Below are positions 1 to 9,017 of a stretch of 32,000 bases of DNA, in pieces. The notes beneath the pieces were generated by a model. It was not told the DNA's origin. It did not search any database and saw only the letters and a program-made list of their open reading frames with translations. The translations under genes and the position numbers were made by a program. The DNA comes from Akkermansia muciniphila ATCC BAA-835 (GTDB lineage: Bacteria; Verrucomicrobiota; Verrucomicrobiia; Verrucomicrobiales; Akkermansiaceae): the NCBI RefSeq assembly GCF_000020225.1, contig NC_010655.1, positions 1,380,001 through 1,412,000 on the forward strand. The letters run 5' to 3'. Numbering within the stretch: position 1 is the first letter of the stretch; each line of letters starts with the position of its first letter.

Positions 1-1649
1 ATCCTCTGGGGAAATATATTGCCAAGGTTTACAAGAAGGAGAAAACATGGCTTGATTTCATGAAGCCTGTTGAAAGGCTGATGTTCCGCCTGTCCGGGAT
101 TAATCCGGAGGAAGAAATGAACTGGAAGCAGTTCCTGCGGGCTTTATTGACCGTAAATCTGTTCTGGTTCGTATGGGGGATGGTTCTTCTGGTCAGCCAG
201 GGGTACCTGCCCCTCAATCCGGACGGCAACGTCGGACAGACGTGCCACCAGGCGTTCAATACATGCATTTCATTCATGGTGAATTGCAACCTCCAGCATT
301 ACAGCGGAGAGAGCGGTTTGACCTATTTTACGCAGTTGTTCGTGATTATGCTGTTCCAATTTATTACGGCAGCTACCGGCATGGCCGCAATGGCAGGGAT
401 CATGAACGCTCTCAGTAAGAAGACAACTAAAACGATTGGAAACTTCTGGGATTACCTCGTGTTGAGTTCTACCCGCATTTTGCTGCCTCTTTCTCTGGTG
501 GTCGGATTCATCCTGATTACTCAGGGTACGCCGATGGGGTTTGACGGTAAGATGGAAGTGACAACCCTTGAGGGAGTGGAACAAACCATTTCCCAAGGGC
601 CTGCCGCGGCTGTTGTGCCCATTAAACAGCTGGGAACGAATGGCGGCGGTTATTTCGGCGTTAATTCATCCCATCCGCTGGAAAATCCGACTTACCTTTC
701 CAACATGGTCGAATGCTGGTCCATCCTGATTATTCCGATGGCGATGGTTTTGGCCTTTGGTTTTTATCTCAAGCGCAAGAAACTGGGATACAGTATTTAC
801 GGCGTGATGTTGCTTGCCTTTTTAATTGGCGTTTGCATTAACGTGTATCAGGAGATGAACGGCAATCCCCGCATAGAAGAGATGGGCATCGTCCAGGAAA
901 GCGGGGCTATGGAAGGTAAGGAAATCCGGCTCGGATCCGCGGCTACAGCTTTGTGGAGCGTCGTTACGACAGTTACGTCAAATGGGTCCGTCAACGGGAT
1001 GCATGATTCCACCATGCCTCTTTCAGGCATGATTCAGATGTTGAACATGCAGATTAATACGTGGTTTGGCGGCGTCGGGGTAGGGTGGATGAATTATTTC
1101 GCCTTCATGATTATAGCCGTGTTCATCAGCGGTCTGATGGTGGGAAGAACCCCCGAATTCCTGTGCAAGAAAGTAGAAGCCCGTGAAATGAAAATCGCTT
1201 CCATTGTGGCGTTGCTCCACCCGTTTGTGATTCTCGTCGGAACGGCTCTGGCTTGTTATCTGTTTGTTTACGCGCCGTCGTTTGTGGAAGGCGAAGGAGG
1301 GTGGGTCAATAATCCCGGCTTTCATGGATTGAGTGAATTCCTTTACGAGTATACTTCAAGCGCTGCCAATAACGGTTCCGGGTTTGAAGGGCTGGCCGAT
1401 AATACCTGGTTCTGGAATTACTCATGCGGCATTGTCCTCATTCTGAGCCGTTTCATCCCGATCATCGGCCAGGTTGCCATCGCCGGGCTTCTGGCGGGCA
1501 AGAAGTATATTCCCGAGACGTCCGGAACGTTGAAGACGGATTCCGTAACGTTCAGCGCCATGACTTTTGCCGTGATTTTCATTGTTGCGGCTTTGTCCTT
1601 CTTCCCTGTCCATGCCTTAAGCACCATTGCCGAACATCTGAGTTTGTAA
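1..1649 (+). CDS. kdpA: Potassium-transporting ATPase subunit A (KdpA), 5' end outside the window
   Basis: The reading frame is open from nt 3. Residues PLGKYIAKVYKKEKTWLDF precede the track's Met at 60, so the true start lies upstream of the window. The protein is polytopic and hydrophobic, with KdpA-type pore-loop motifs (NLQHYSGESGLTYFTQ, GTNGGGYFGVNSSHPLENP, ANNGSGFEGL). kdpB and kdpC follow directly. Confidence 0.95.
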   Translation, partial: PLGKYIAKVYKKEKTWLDFMKPVERLMFRLSGINPEEEMNWKQFLRALLTVNLFWFVWGMVLLVSQGYLPLNPDGNVGQTCHQAFNTCISFMVNCNLQHYSGESGLTYFTQLFVIMLFQFITAATGMAAMAGIMNALSKKTTKTIGNFWDYLVLSSTRILLPLSLVVGFILITQGTPMGFDGKMEVTTLEGVEQTISQGPAAAVVPIKQLGTNGGGYFGVNSSHPLENPTYLSNMVECWSILIIPMAMVLAFGFYLKRKKLGYSIYGVMLLAFLIGVCINVYQEMNGNPRIEEMGIVQESGAMEGKEIRLGSAATALWSVVTTVTSNGSVNGMHDSTMPLSGMIQMLNMQINTWFGGVGVGWMNYFAFMIIAVFISGLMVGRTPEFLCKKVEAREMKIASIVALLHPFVILVGTALACYLFVYAPSFVEGEGGWVNNPGFHGLSEFLYEYTSSAANNGSGFEGLADNTWFWNYSCGIVLILSRFIPIIGQVAIAGLLAGKKYIPETSGTLKTDSVTFSAMTFAVIFIVAALSFFPVHALSTIAEHLSL

Positions 1650-1733
1650 ATTTAGGGTAGAATACGTTTACCACCAATAACATATTTACATATTTCCGTT
1701 CCAGTTTCTGGAATTGAAAAAGAAATCTACGAT

Positions 1734-3767
<2,034 letters not shown>

Positions 3768-3786
3768 CTGAAATAAATATATTGTT

Positions 3787-4371
3787 ATGAGAAATTTAGT
3801 GAAATCATTGCGTCTTACACTTGTCTTTTGCGTCTTTTTCTCCATATGCTACATCCTGGTGCTGTGGATATTCGGATTGATTGTCGGCCCTGGCGGAGGA
3901 AATGCGGAAACCCTGGTTTTGAACGGGCGCGTGGTAGGCGCCGCCAATGTCGGGCAGCAATTCACGAAGGATATTTATTTCTGGGGCCGTCCGTCCCATG
4001 CGGGCGACGGTTATGACGCGTCCAGTTCATCCGGCAGCAATAAGGGGCCGACCAACGAAGAATACCTGGCCGACGTGAATATTCGGATAGATTCGTTCTT
4101 GAAGAAACATCCTTATTTGGAACGGAAGGATGTCCCTTCCGAAATGGTTACGGCCAGCGCTTCCGGCCTGGATCCGCATATCACTCCGGAGAGCGCCTAT
4201 GTGCAGGTGAAGCGCGTTGCCAAGGCCCGCGGCATGGAGGAGGGGGCGGTGAGGTCTCTTGTCGATCAGGTCGTGGAAAAACCGCTGCTGGGCATGTTTG
4301 GCACGGAGAAGGTCAATGTGCTTAAGTTGAATATTGCTCTTGAGAAGGCTGATCCTTCAGGGAAGCATTAA
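3787..4371 (+). CDS. kdpC: Potassium-transporting ATPase subunit C (KdpC)
   Basis: 194 aa with a single N-terminal TM helix and the KdpC-typical ASGLDPHITPESAYVQVKRVA segment. It starts 19 nt after the kdpB stop. Confidence 0.93.
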   Translation: MRNLVKSLRLTLVFCVFFSICYILVLWIFGLIVGPGGGNAETLVLNGRVVGAANVGQQFTKDIYFWGRPSHAGDGYDASSSSGSNKGPTNEEYLADVNIRIDSFLKKHPYLERKDVPSEMVTASASGLDPHITPESAYVQVKRVAKARGMEEGAVRSLVDQVVEKPLLGMFGTEKVNVLKLNIALEKADPSGKH

Positions 4372-4387
4372 TTTCCTGATTGTTTAG

Positions 4388-4492
4388 GGCGGCAATGGCG
4401 ATTCCGGATTTGGTGATAAATTGCCGCCTTGAAAAAATGAAATCAATTGCGGGCTTCATGTCATGGTAACGCCCGCAATTGATTTTCATTTT
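4388..4492 (+). terminator. Two tandem stem-loops between kdpC and kdpD-N (probable intrinsic terminator/attenuator)
   Basis: Hand-paired. Hairpin 1: 4388-4396 GGCGGCAAT pairs with 4420-4428 ATTGCCGCC (9 bp, 23-nt loop). Hairpin 2: 4434-4454 pairs with 4471-4492 (about 21 bp with one bulged T at 4486, 16-nt loop). Hairpin 2 has a GC core GCGGGC/GCCCGC flanked by an A-rich 5' arm and a T-rich 3' arm. Confidence 0.45.
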
Positions 4493-4551
4493 CAAAAGAT
4501 TCTGTAAAATCAACAAGATGTTTTTAACCGCAGGAGCCGGGTGAATTTAAT

Positions 4552-5679
4552 ATGATTGACGGAAGTAACGGAGCAGAGCACTTTCTTGACCTGATACGGC
4601 GTTCTCGAAGGGGAAAGTTCAAGATTTACATTGGTATGATGGCCGGAGTAGGCAAGACGTACCGCATGCTGCAGGAAGCCCATGAATTGCTGAATAACGG
4701 CATTGATGTCAGAATCGGTTACGTTGAAACCCACGGGCGGCCCGGGACTGAAGCCATGCTCCGGGGGGTGCCCGTCATCCCGCGTAAAGTGGTTTTTTAC
4801 AAAGGCAGGGAGATTGAAGAAATGGACCTGGACGCGATTCTTCAAGCCCGGCCCGAGTTGGTTATTGTTGACGAACTGGCTCATACCAATGTGGAAGGGA
4901 GCCGCCATCGCAAGAGATGGGAAGACGTGATGGAGCTGCTTGACGCCAATATTAATGTGATTTCCGCGATTAATATCCAGCATATCGAAAGCCTGAGCGG
5001 CGAAGTGAAGGAGATTACGGGGATTGAGATGAAGGAACGGGTTCCCGACAGGATTTTGCAGGAGGCGGACGAAGTGGTGAATATCGACCTGACGTCCGAG
5101 GAATTGATCGGCCGCCTCAAGGCCGGCAAGATTTACCGGCCTGAAAAAATCCAGATTGCCCTGGATAATTTTTTCAGAACGGAAAATATTCTTCAGCTGC
5201 GTGAACTGGCATTGAAGGAAGTTGCTTTCCGAGTGGAGAAAAAAGTGGAAACGGAAGTATTCCCGGCAGTTTCTTCCGCCAGAAGGGAAAAGATTCTGGC
5301 CTGCATCAGCAGCAATGAACAGACGCCCCGGCACATCATCCGAAAAGCATACCGGATTTCCTCGCGTTACAGTACGTCGTTTATCGCCCTTTACGTCCAG
5401 ACGCCAAGGGAGTCCCCCGACCGCATCAATCTGGCGTCCCAGCGCCATTTGCTTAATCATTTCAAGCTGGTGGCCGAACTGGGAGGGACGGTGAAGCAGG
5501 TGAGTGCGGAAGACATACCCCAGGCGATCATCGCAACGTGCAGGGAATATCATATTACGGCTATTTGCATGGGGCATCCCGCATTCAAAATGCCCGGAGC
5601 CATGTTCAAGATACTGGGATATAAACAATTTCTGCGTGTCTTGTCGGAGATGAAGATAGATTTAATCATCATTGCATAA
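4552..5679 (+). CDS. kdpD: Truncated KdpD: KdpD N-terminal (P-loop) domain + Usp-like domain only, with no membrane or histidine-kinase part
   Basis: 375 aa. It carries the KdpD_N hallmarks GMMAGVGKTYRML (P-loop), VDELAHTN and INVISAINIQHIES, followed by a Usp-like C-terminal half. The ORF stops without TM helices or HisKA/HATPase motifs. Confidence 0.85.
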   Translation: MIDGSNGAEHFLDLIRRSRRGKFKIYIGMMAGVGKTYRMLQEAHELLNNGIDVRIGYVETHGRPGTEAMLRGVPVIPRKVVFYKGREIEEMDLDAILQARPELVIVDELAHTNVEGSRHRKRWEDVMELLDANINVISAINIQHIESLSGEVKEITGIEMKERVPDRILQEADEVVNIDLTSEELIGRLKAGKIYRPEKIQIALDNFFRTENILQLRELALKEVAFRVEKKVETEVFPAVSSARREKILACISSNEQTPRHIIRKAYRISSRYSTSFIALYVQTPRESPDRINLASQRHLLNHFKLVAELGGTVKQVSAEDIPQAIIATCREYHITAICMGHPAFKMPGAMFKILGYKQFLRVLSEMKIDLIIIA

Positions 5680-5936
5680 AAAACAGAGGTAAATTTGAAA
5701 ATAAGGCCGGAGCCGGTTCTTTTCACAGGAAGCAGGCGATGAGATTATCATGCTTGTCTTCCCTGAGCGGAACGGATTGTTGCCGGCAGTTTCCATTATA
5801 GCCTCCCCGGGGGCGTTTTCCGTTACCATTCCCGGGCGGGGCGGCCCCTTTTATTTTTTTCCGTCTGGTTGTCTGAAAAACAGTCCAATGTTCCGGTCCG
5901 CCGCATCTCCGGCAGCACCTTTGTTGAAAAAGAATG

Positions 5937-5983
5937 TAGAATTCCCGGAGGAGCAGCATTCTTAAAAGTGAAACGATAACGTT
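5937..5983 (+). promoter_or_regulatory. Conserved upstream element, copy 1 (upstream of the SUMF1-like gene)
   Basis: TAGAATTCCCGGAGGAGCAGCATTCTTAAAAGTGAAACGATAACGTT. It aligns by hand to 7099-7146 with 41 identical positions in 48 columns and one 1-nt gap. A second short shared block, TTATCAT(A/G)AACA, follows 24 nt later (6008-6019) versus 26 nt later in copy 2 (7173-7184). Confidence 0.5.
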
Positions 5984-6031
5984 CCGTCTTCCATAGAGGA
6001 GCGGCGGTTATCATAAACAGAAGGAACAGTT

Positions 6032-7018
6032 ATGAGCATCAATTTGCAAAAAGTCATTATAGCCGTATGTGCGGCCGCAACGGTCAGTGCGGGATTCGCA
6101 GCCCGCACCGAGGGGGCCAAACTGCACCGATTCAGCACTACTATCGAAAAAGAGAGGCCGCAGTTGAATGAAGAAACGAAACGGTTGATTGCTTCCTATC
6201 GCCGGGACCCGTCCGAGGCTAATCGGTCGGCTTTGAGGAAACAGGTCGGGATTAATTACGACAAGGTCCTTGACCGAAAAAAGGCGAAGCTTGAAGAATT
6301 GAAACGAACGGCCCGGCATGCGTCCAAGATACAGGAAATGCAGGAGATCGTGGATGAAATGGTTCAAAACAGGGAAGCGCGCATCGACCAAAGCATGCGG
6401 CGTTTCAGTGATCCGCGATTCAGACCAGGTGCCCGCTATGCAGATGGCGGGTATTTGCCGGTGCTCGGAGCTTCCTGGAATGTATCAATTGCATATACTC
6501 CGGTTACCAATGAGGATTATGCCCAATTCCTGAAGGCAACGGGAAGGAAGGCTCCTAAGGATTGGGATAATGGCGCCATGCCTGCCGGCAAAGGGAGGCA
6601 TCCCGTGGTGAATGTTTCCTATGACGACGCTTCTGCCTATTGCCAATGGTTGTCGCTCCAGGATAGGAAAGCCGTTTATCGCCTGCCGACTGAAGAGGAG
6701 TGGGAGTTTGCCGCCGGGCATATGCCCAAGGATGCGGATTTTAATTGCGGCGAGAGAAACGGGACATCTCCCGTGGACGCCCATGCCGCGACATCCGGCG
6801 CCTGCGGAGCGATTGATATGTGGGGCAATTGCTGGGAATGGACTTCTTCTTCAGTTGAAGTTTCCAAGGCCGTGGCACACGGTAAAACGGTCATGGCGGT
6901 GAAGGGAGGTTCCTGGCGTTCGCCGCGGACGAGCTGCCGAACTGAGCGGAAAGGAGAAGGAAGGGAATCTTCTTTCGCTTTCAGTGATGTCGGTTTCCGG
7001 GTCGTCCGCGAAGGTTGA
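6032..7018 (+). CDS. Secreted SUMF1/FGE-sulfatase-fold domain protein with an N-terminal coiled-coil region (probably not a true formylglycine-generating enzyme)
   Basis: 328 aa. An N-terminal signal-like segment (VIIAVCAAATVSAGFAA) is followed by a charged helical region. The C-terminal part is FGE-sulfatase-like (HPVVNVSYDDASAYCQWLS, YRLPTEEEWEFAA, GNCWEWTSS, KGGSWRS, GFRVV). Confidence 0.85.
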   Translation: MSINLQKVIIAVCAAATVSAGFAARTEGAKLHRFSTTIEKERPQLNEETKRLIASYRRDPSEANRSALRKQVGINYDKVLDRKKAKLEELKRTARHASKIQEMQEIVDEMVQNREARIDQSMRRFSDPRFRPGARYADGGYLPVLGASWNVSIAYTPVTNEDYAQFLKATGRKAPKDWDNGAMPAGKGRHPVVNVSYDDASAYCQWLSLQDRKAVYRLPTEEEWEFAAGHMPKDADFNCGERNGTSPVDAHAATSGACGAIDMWGNCWEWTSSSVEVSKAVAHGKTVMAVKGGSWRSPRTSCRTERKGEGRESSFAFSDVGFRVVREG

Positions 7019-7098
7019 GGGGGGATTCCATGCGTTTCAGTTTCTTACAGGCAATAGAATCTGGCTGGCAGACCTGATGGAAATTCCGGCCGAATTGG

Positions 7099-7146
7099 TA
7101 GATTTCCCTAAGGAACTGCATTCTTGAAAAGTGAAACGATACCGTT
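7099..7146 (+). promoter_or_regulatory. Conserved upstream element, copy 2 (upstream of the small cationic peptide gene)
   Basis: TAGATTTCCCTAAGGAACTGCATTCTTGAAAAGTGAAACGATACCGTT. See copy 1 for the alignment. It ends 31 nt before the ATG at 7178. Confidence 0.5.
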
Positions 7147-7177
7147 TCAGAAAAAATATCAACCCTCATTGATTATC

Positions 7178-7390
7178 ATGAACAAGCTCATTATTCCTGC
7201 AATTATTGGAATATTCGGTCTGGCTCCCGGTACGGTTACTGCCAACGCGGCGGAATCAACAACAGCCTCCTTTTCTGTTCAAATACTGAAAAAGAAACCG
7301 GAGGCGTTGAAGTACGGCCTGAAACACGGCCTCAAGAAAGGTTTGAAACACGGTCTGAAAAAAGGCAGGATAAACGGCGGTAAAAAATAG
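7178..7390 (+). CDS. Small secreted polycationic repeat peptide (70 aa precursor)
   Basis: The ATG at 7178 is preferred over the track's TTG at 7124, which lies inside the conserved upstream element. The product begins with a signal peptide, MNKLIIPAIIGIFGLAPGTVTANA, with an A-x-A type site. The mature part is AESTTASFSVQILKKKPEALKYGLKHGLKKGLKHGLKKGRINGGKK. A strong terminator hairpin lies 17 nt after the stop. Confidence 0.6.
   Translation: MNKLIIPAIIGIFGLAPGTVTANAAESTTASFSVQILKKKPEALKYGLKHGLKKGLKHGLKKGRINGGKK
7316..7363 (+). repeat. In-frame tandem 12-nt repeat x4 encoding (GLK[HK])4 inside the small peptide gene
   Basis: ggcctgaaacac / ggcctcaagaaa / ggtttgaaacac / ggtctgaaaaaa, read directly from the sequence. 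It encodes GLKH-GLKK-GLKH-GLKK. Confidence 0.8.
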
Positions 7391-7407
7391 TCGCCGTCAT
7401 CTTATCT

Positions 7408-7437
7408 GCTGCCGGGCCTGCAGCCCGGCAGCGTTTT
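7408..7437 (+). terminator. Rho-independent terminator of the small peptide gene
   Basis: A perfect 10-bp GC-rich stem (GCTGCCGGGC / GCCCGGCAGC) with the 5-nt loop CTGCA, followed by GTTTT. Confidence 0.7.
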
Positions 7438-7514
7438 CCCATCAATAAGGACGTTTTATCACCTGTAGTGCGGAAACATATCTGACTTCCGTACAGCTTT
7501 GATACATTGCCCAT

Positions 7515-7539
7515 CATGTCTTAAAAAGTCAACATATTG
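7515..7539 (+). promoter_or_regulatory. Possible degenerate third copy of the core upstream element, in front of the MBL-sigma-kinase operon
   Basis: CATGTCTTAAAAAGTCAACATATTG versus the core CATTCTT(G)AAAAGTGAAACGATA(A/C)CG. About 20 matches in about 27 columns, but 4 gaps are needed. The match is weak and could be chance. Confidence 0.25.
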
Positions 7540-7555
7540 AGAAGAAAGGCGTTTT

Positions 7556-8395
7556 ATGGTAAAATGGTTGTTGTGCGGAGCCGCCATGATTTCCGGCATC
7601 GTGATCGCGGCTGAGTCGGAAAATCGTTCATTCCAATTTGGAAATTTTGAGGTGATTGCTGTTCAGGATGCTCTTTCAGCGATGTGGGTCGAATTATTCC
7701 CGGGTATGTCGGAAGAGGAGTTCCTCCGCTTAACCGGAGGCGGGAGGGTTCCTTCTTCCGTGAATGTTTTCCTGTTGAAACGCGGCGACGGAAAAATCAT
7801 TCTGGTGGACGCAGGGAACGGAGGAAAACGGGGCGGGATGCTTCGTAAACTTGAACAGAGCGGCGTTTTTCCGGAGAGCGTCGATTTCATTTTACTCACC
7901 CATATGCACGGCGACCACATCGGAGGATTGCTTGGGAAACATGGCGAAGCCGTTTTTTCCAGAGCCCTCGTCTATGTTTCCATGCCGGAATGGGAATTTT
8001 GGCAAAATGGTACGGTCGGACTACAGGGAAAACAGGTTCGGAAGGTGTTGCATGCTTACGGCAGCCGGGTGAGAACATTCCGGTTTGGAGAAGAAGTTCT
8101 GCCCGGCATCAAGGCTCTTGACGCTTCCGGGCATACACCCGGGCATACCGTTTTTGAGACTGATTCCCTGCTGATTGTCGGAGATTTGCTTCATGCTGCC
8201 GCGCTCCAGATTCCGCGTCCGGAGGTTTGCACGATTTACGATATGAATCCGTTCGGAGCGGTTCAGGCCCGGCGGCGCTTTTATGAGTTTGCGGCTTCTT
8301 CCTCGAAGCCGGTCGCCGGAATGCACCTGCCGTATCCCGGAATCGGCCGGATAGGAAGGAGTGCGGCGGGATATGTCTATCTGCCCGGAAAATGA
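7556..8395 (+). CDS. Secreted MBL-fold metallo-hydrolase
   Basis: 279 aa with an N-terminal signal-like segment (WLLCGAAMISGIVIAAES). It has the metallo-beta-lactamase motifs LLTHMHGDHIGG (HxHxDH) and DASGHTPGH. The stop is only 25 nt before the sigma factor start. Confidence 0.85.
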   Translation: MVKWLLCGAAMISGIVIAAESENRSFQFGNFEVIAVQDALSAMWVELFPGMSEEEFLRLTGGGRVPSSVNVFLLKRGDGKIILVDAGNGGKRGGMLRKLEQSGVFPESVDFILLTHMHGDHIGGLLGKHGEAVFSRALVYVSMPEWEFWQNGTVGLQGKQVRKVLHAYGSRVRTFRFGEEVLPGIKALDASGHTPGHTVFETDSLLIVGDLLHAAALQIPRPEVCTIYDMNPFGAVQARRRFYEFAASSSKPVAGMHLPYPGIGRIGRSAAGYVYLPGK

Positions 8396-8420
8396 GAAAG
8401 GATAAAAAAGACACGGTACA

Positions 8421-9017
8421 ATGACGCAAGCAGAAACAGCATGCCCGGATGCCTGGGGAAGCCATTTCCTTGAATACCGGGGAAGGCTTCTTGCCCTGGC
8501 CCGGAGGAATTTGAATCCGGTTCTTGCCCGGCGCGTTTCGGCGGAAGATGTGGTTCAGGAGGCTCTGCTGGCAGCCTGCGGGAAAATGGCTTTTTTTGAA
8601 AACAATCCGGAGATTCCTGTCTATTTCAAACTGCGGACGATTCTGTTCCAGACCCTTACGGCTATGGAAAGGAAGCATCTGCAATGCCTCAAGAGAGACG
8701 CCTGCAGGGAAGTGAATGTGACGGATGACGGCGTGGGGCCCGCTGCCCGGTTGGATTGGAACCGGTTTGCAGATACCGTGACCGGGCCTCTTACCCGTGC
8801 CGTCAGGGCGGATCGTTATACATTGCTCCGGAAAGCGGTCGAGGCGCTGCCCGAAAACGATCGGCAGATTCTTGAACTCCGCCATTTTGACGACATGTCC
8901 AATGCGGATTGTGCCGAAGTCCTGCATATTGGGCCGAAAGCCGCAAGCATCCGCTATGTGCGGGCGCTGCAGCGGCTTCGGAAGCAGCTGATGGAGTTAA
9001 CCGAGTTTCAGCCATGA
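8421..9017 (+). CDS. ECF-type sigma-70 family sigma factor (planctomycete/verrucomicrobial type, kinase-associated)
   Basis: 198 aa. Sigma region 2 (SAEDVVQEALLAA) and region 4 HTH (LPENDRQILELRHFDDMSNADCAEVLHIGPKAASIRYVRALQRLRKQL) are present, with no regions 1 or 3. Its stop overlaps the kinase start (ATGA at 9014-9017). Confidence 0.9.
   Translation: MTQAETACPDAWGSHFLEYRGRLLALARRNLNPVLARRVSAEDVVQEALLAACGKMAFFENNPEIPVYFKLRTILFQTLTAMERKHLQCLKRDACREVNVTDDGVGPAARLDWNRFADTVTGPLTRAVRADRYTLLRKAVEALPENDRQILELRHFDDMSNADCAEVLHIGPKAASIRYVRALQRLRKQLMELTEFQP

Noticed and set aside
4322-4516. 64-aa minus-strand ORF spanning the kdpC/kdpD spacer
   Set aside because: It is made up largely of the two hairpin arms, so the inverted repeats explain the sequence better than coding does.
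5937-7146. Assigning explicit ECF -35/-10 boxes (GGAAC ... CGT) or sigma-70 boxes within the shared upstream element
   Set aside because: I tried several registers: GGAAC at 7112 with CGAT or CGTT downstream, and TGAAAC as the -35. The spacings were 10, 20 or 26 nt rather than 16-17, and the candidate -10s are not conserved between copies. The element is therefore reported without a mechanistic assignment.
8909-9013. N-terminal extensions offered by the track: kinase from 8909, AKR from 11392, aldolase from 13519, small peptide from TTG 7124, DUF58 from 21424, DUF418 from 26610
   Set aside because: Each extension either overlaps the upstream gene or a conserved non-coding element, or adds Cys/Arg-rich sequence in front of a family-typical N-terminus or signal peptide. 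Internal ATGs give better gene junctions.
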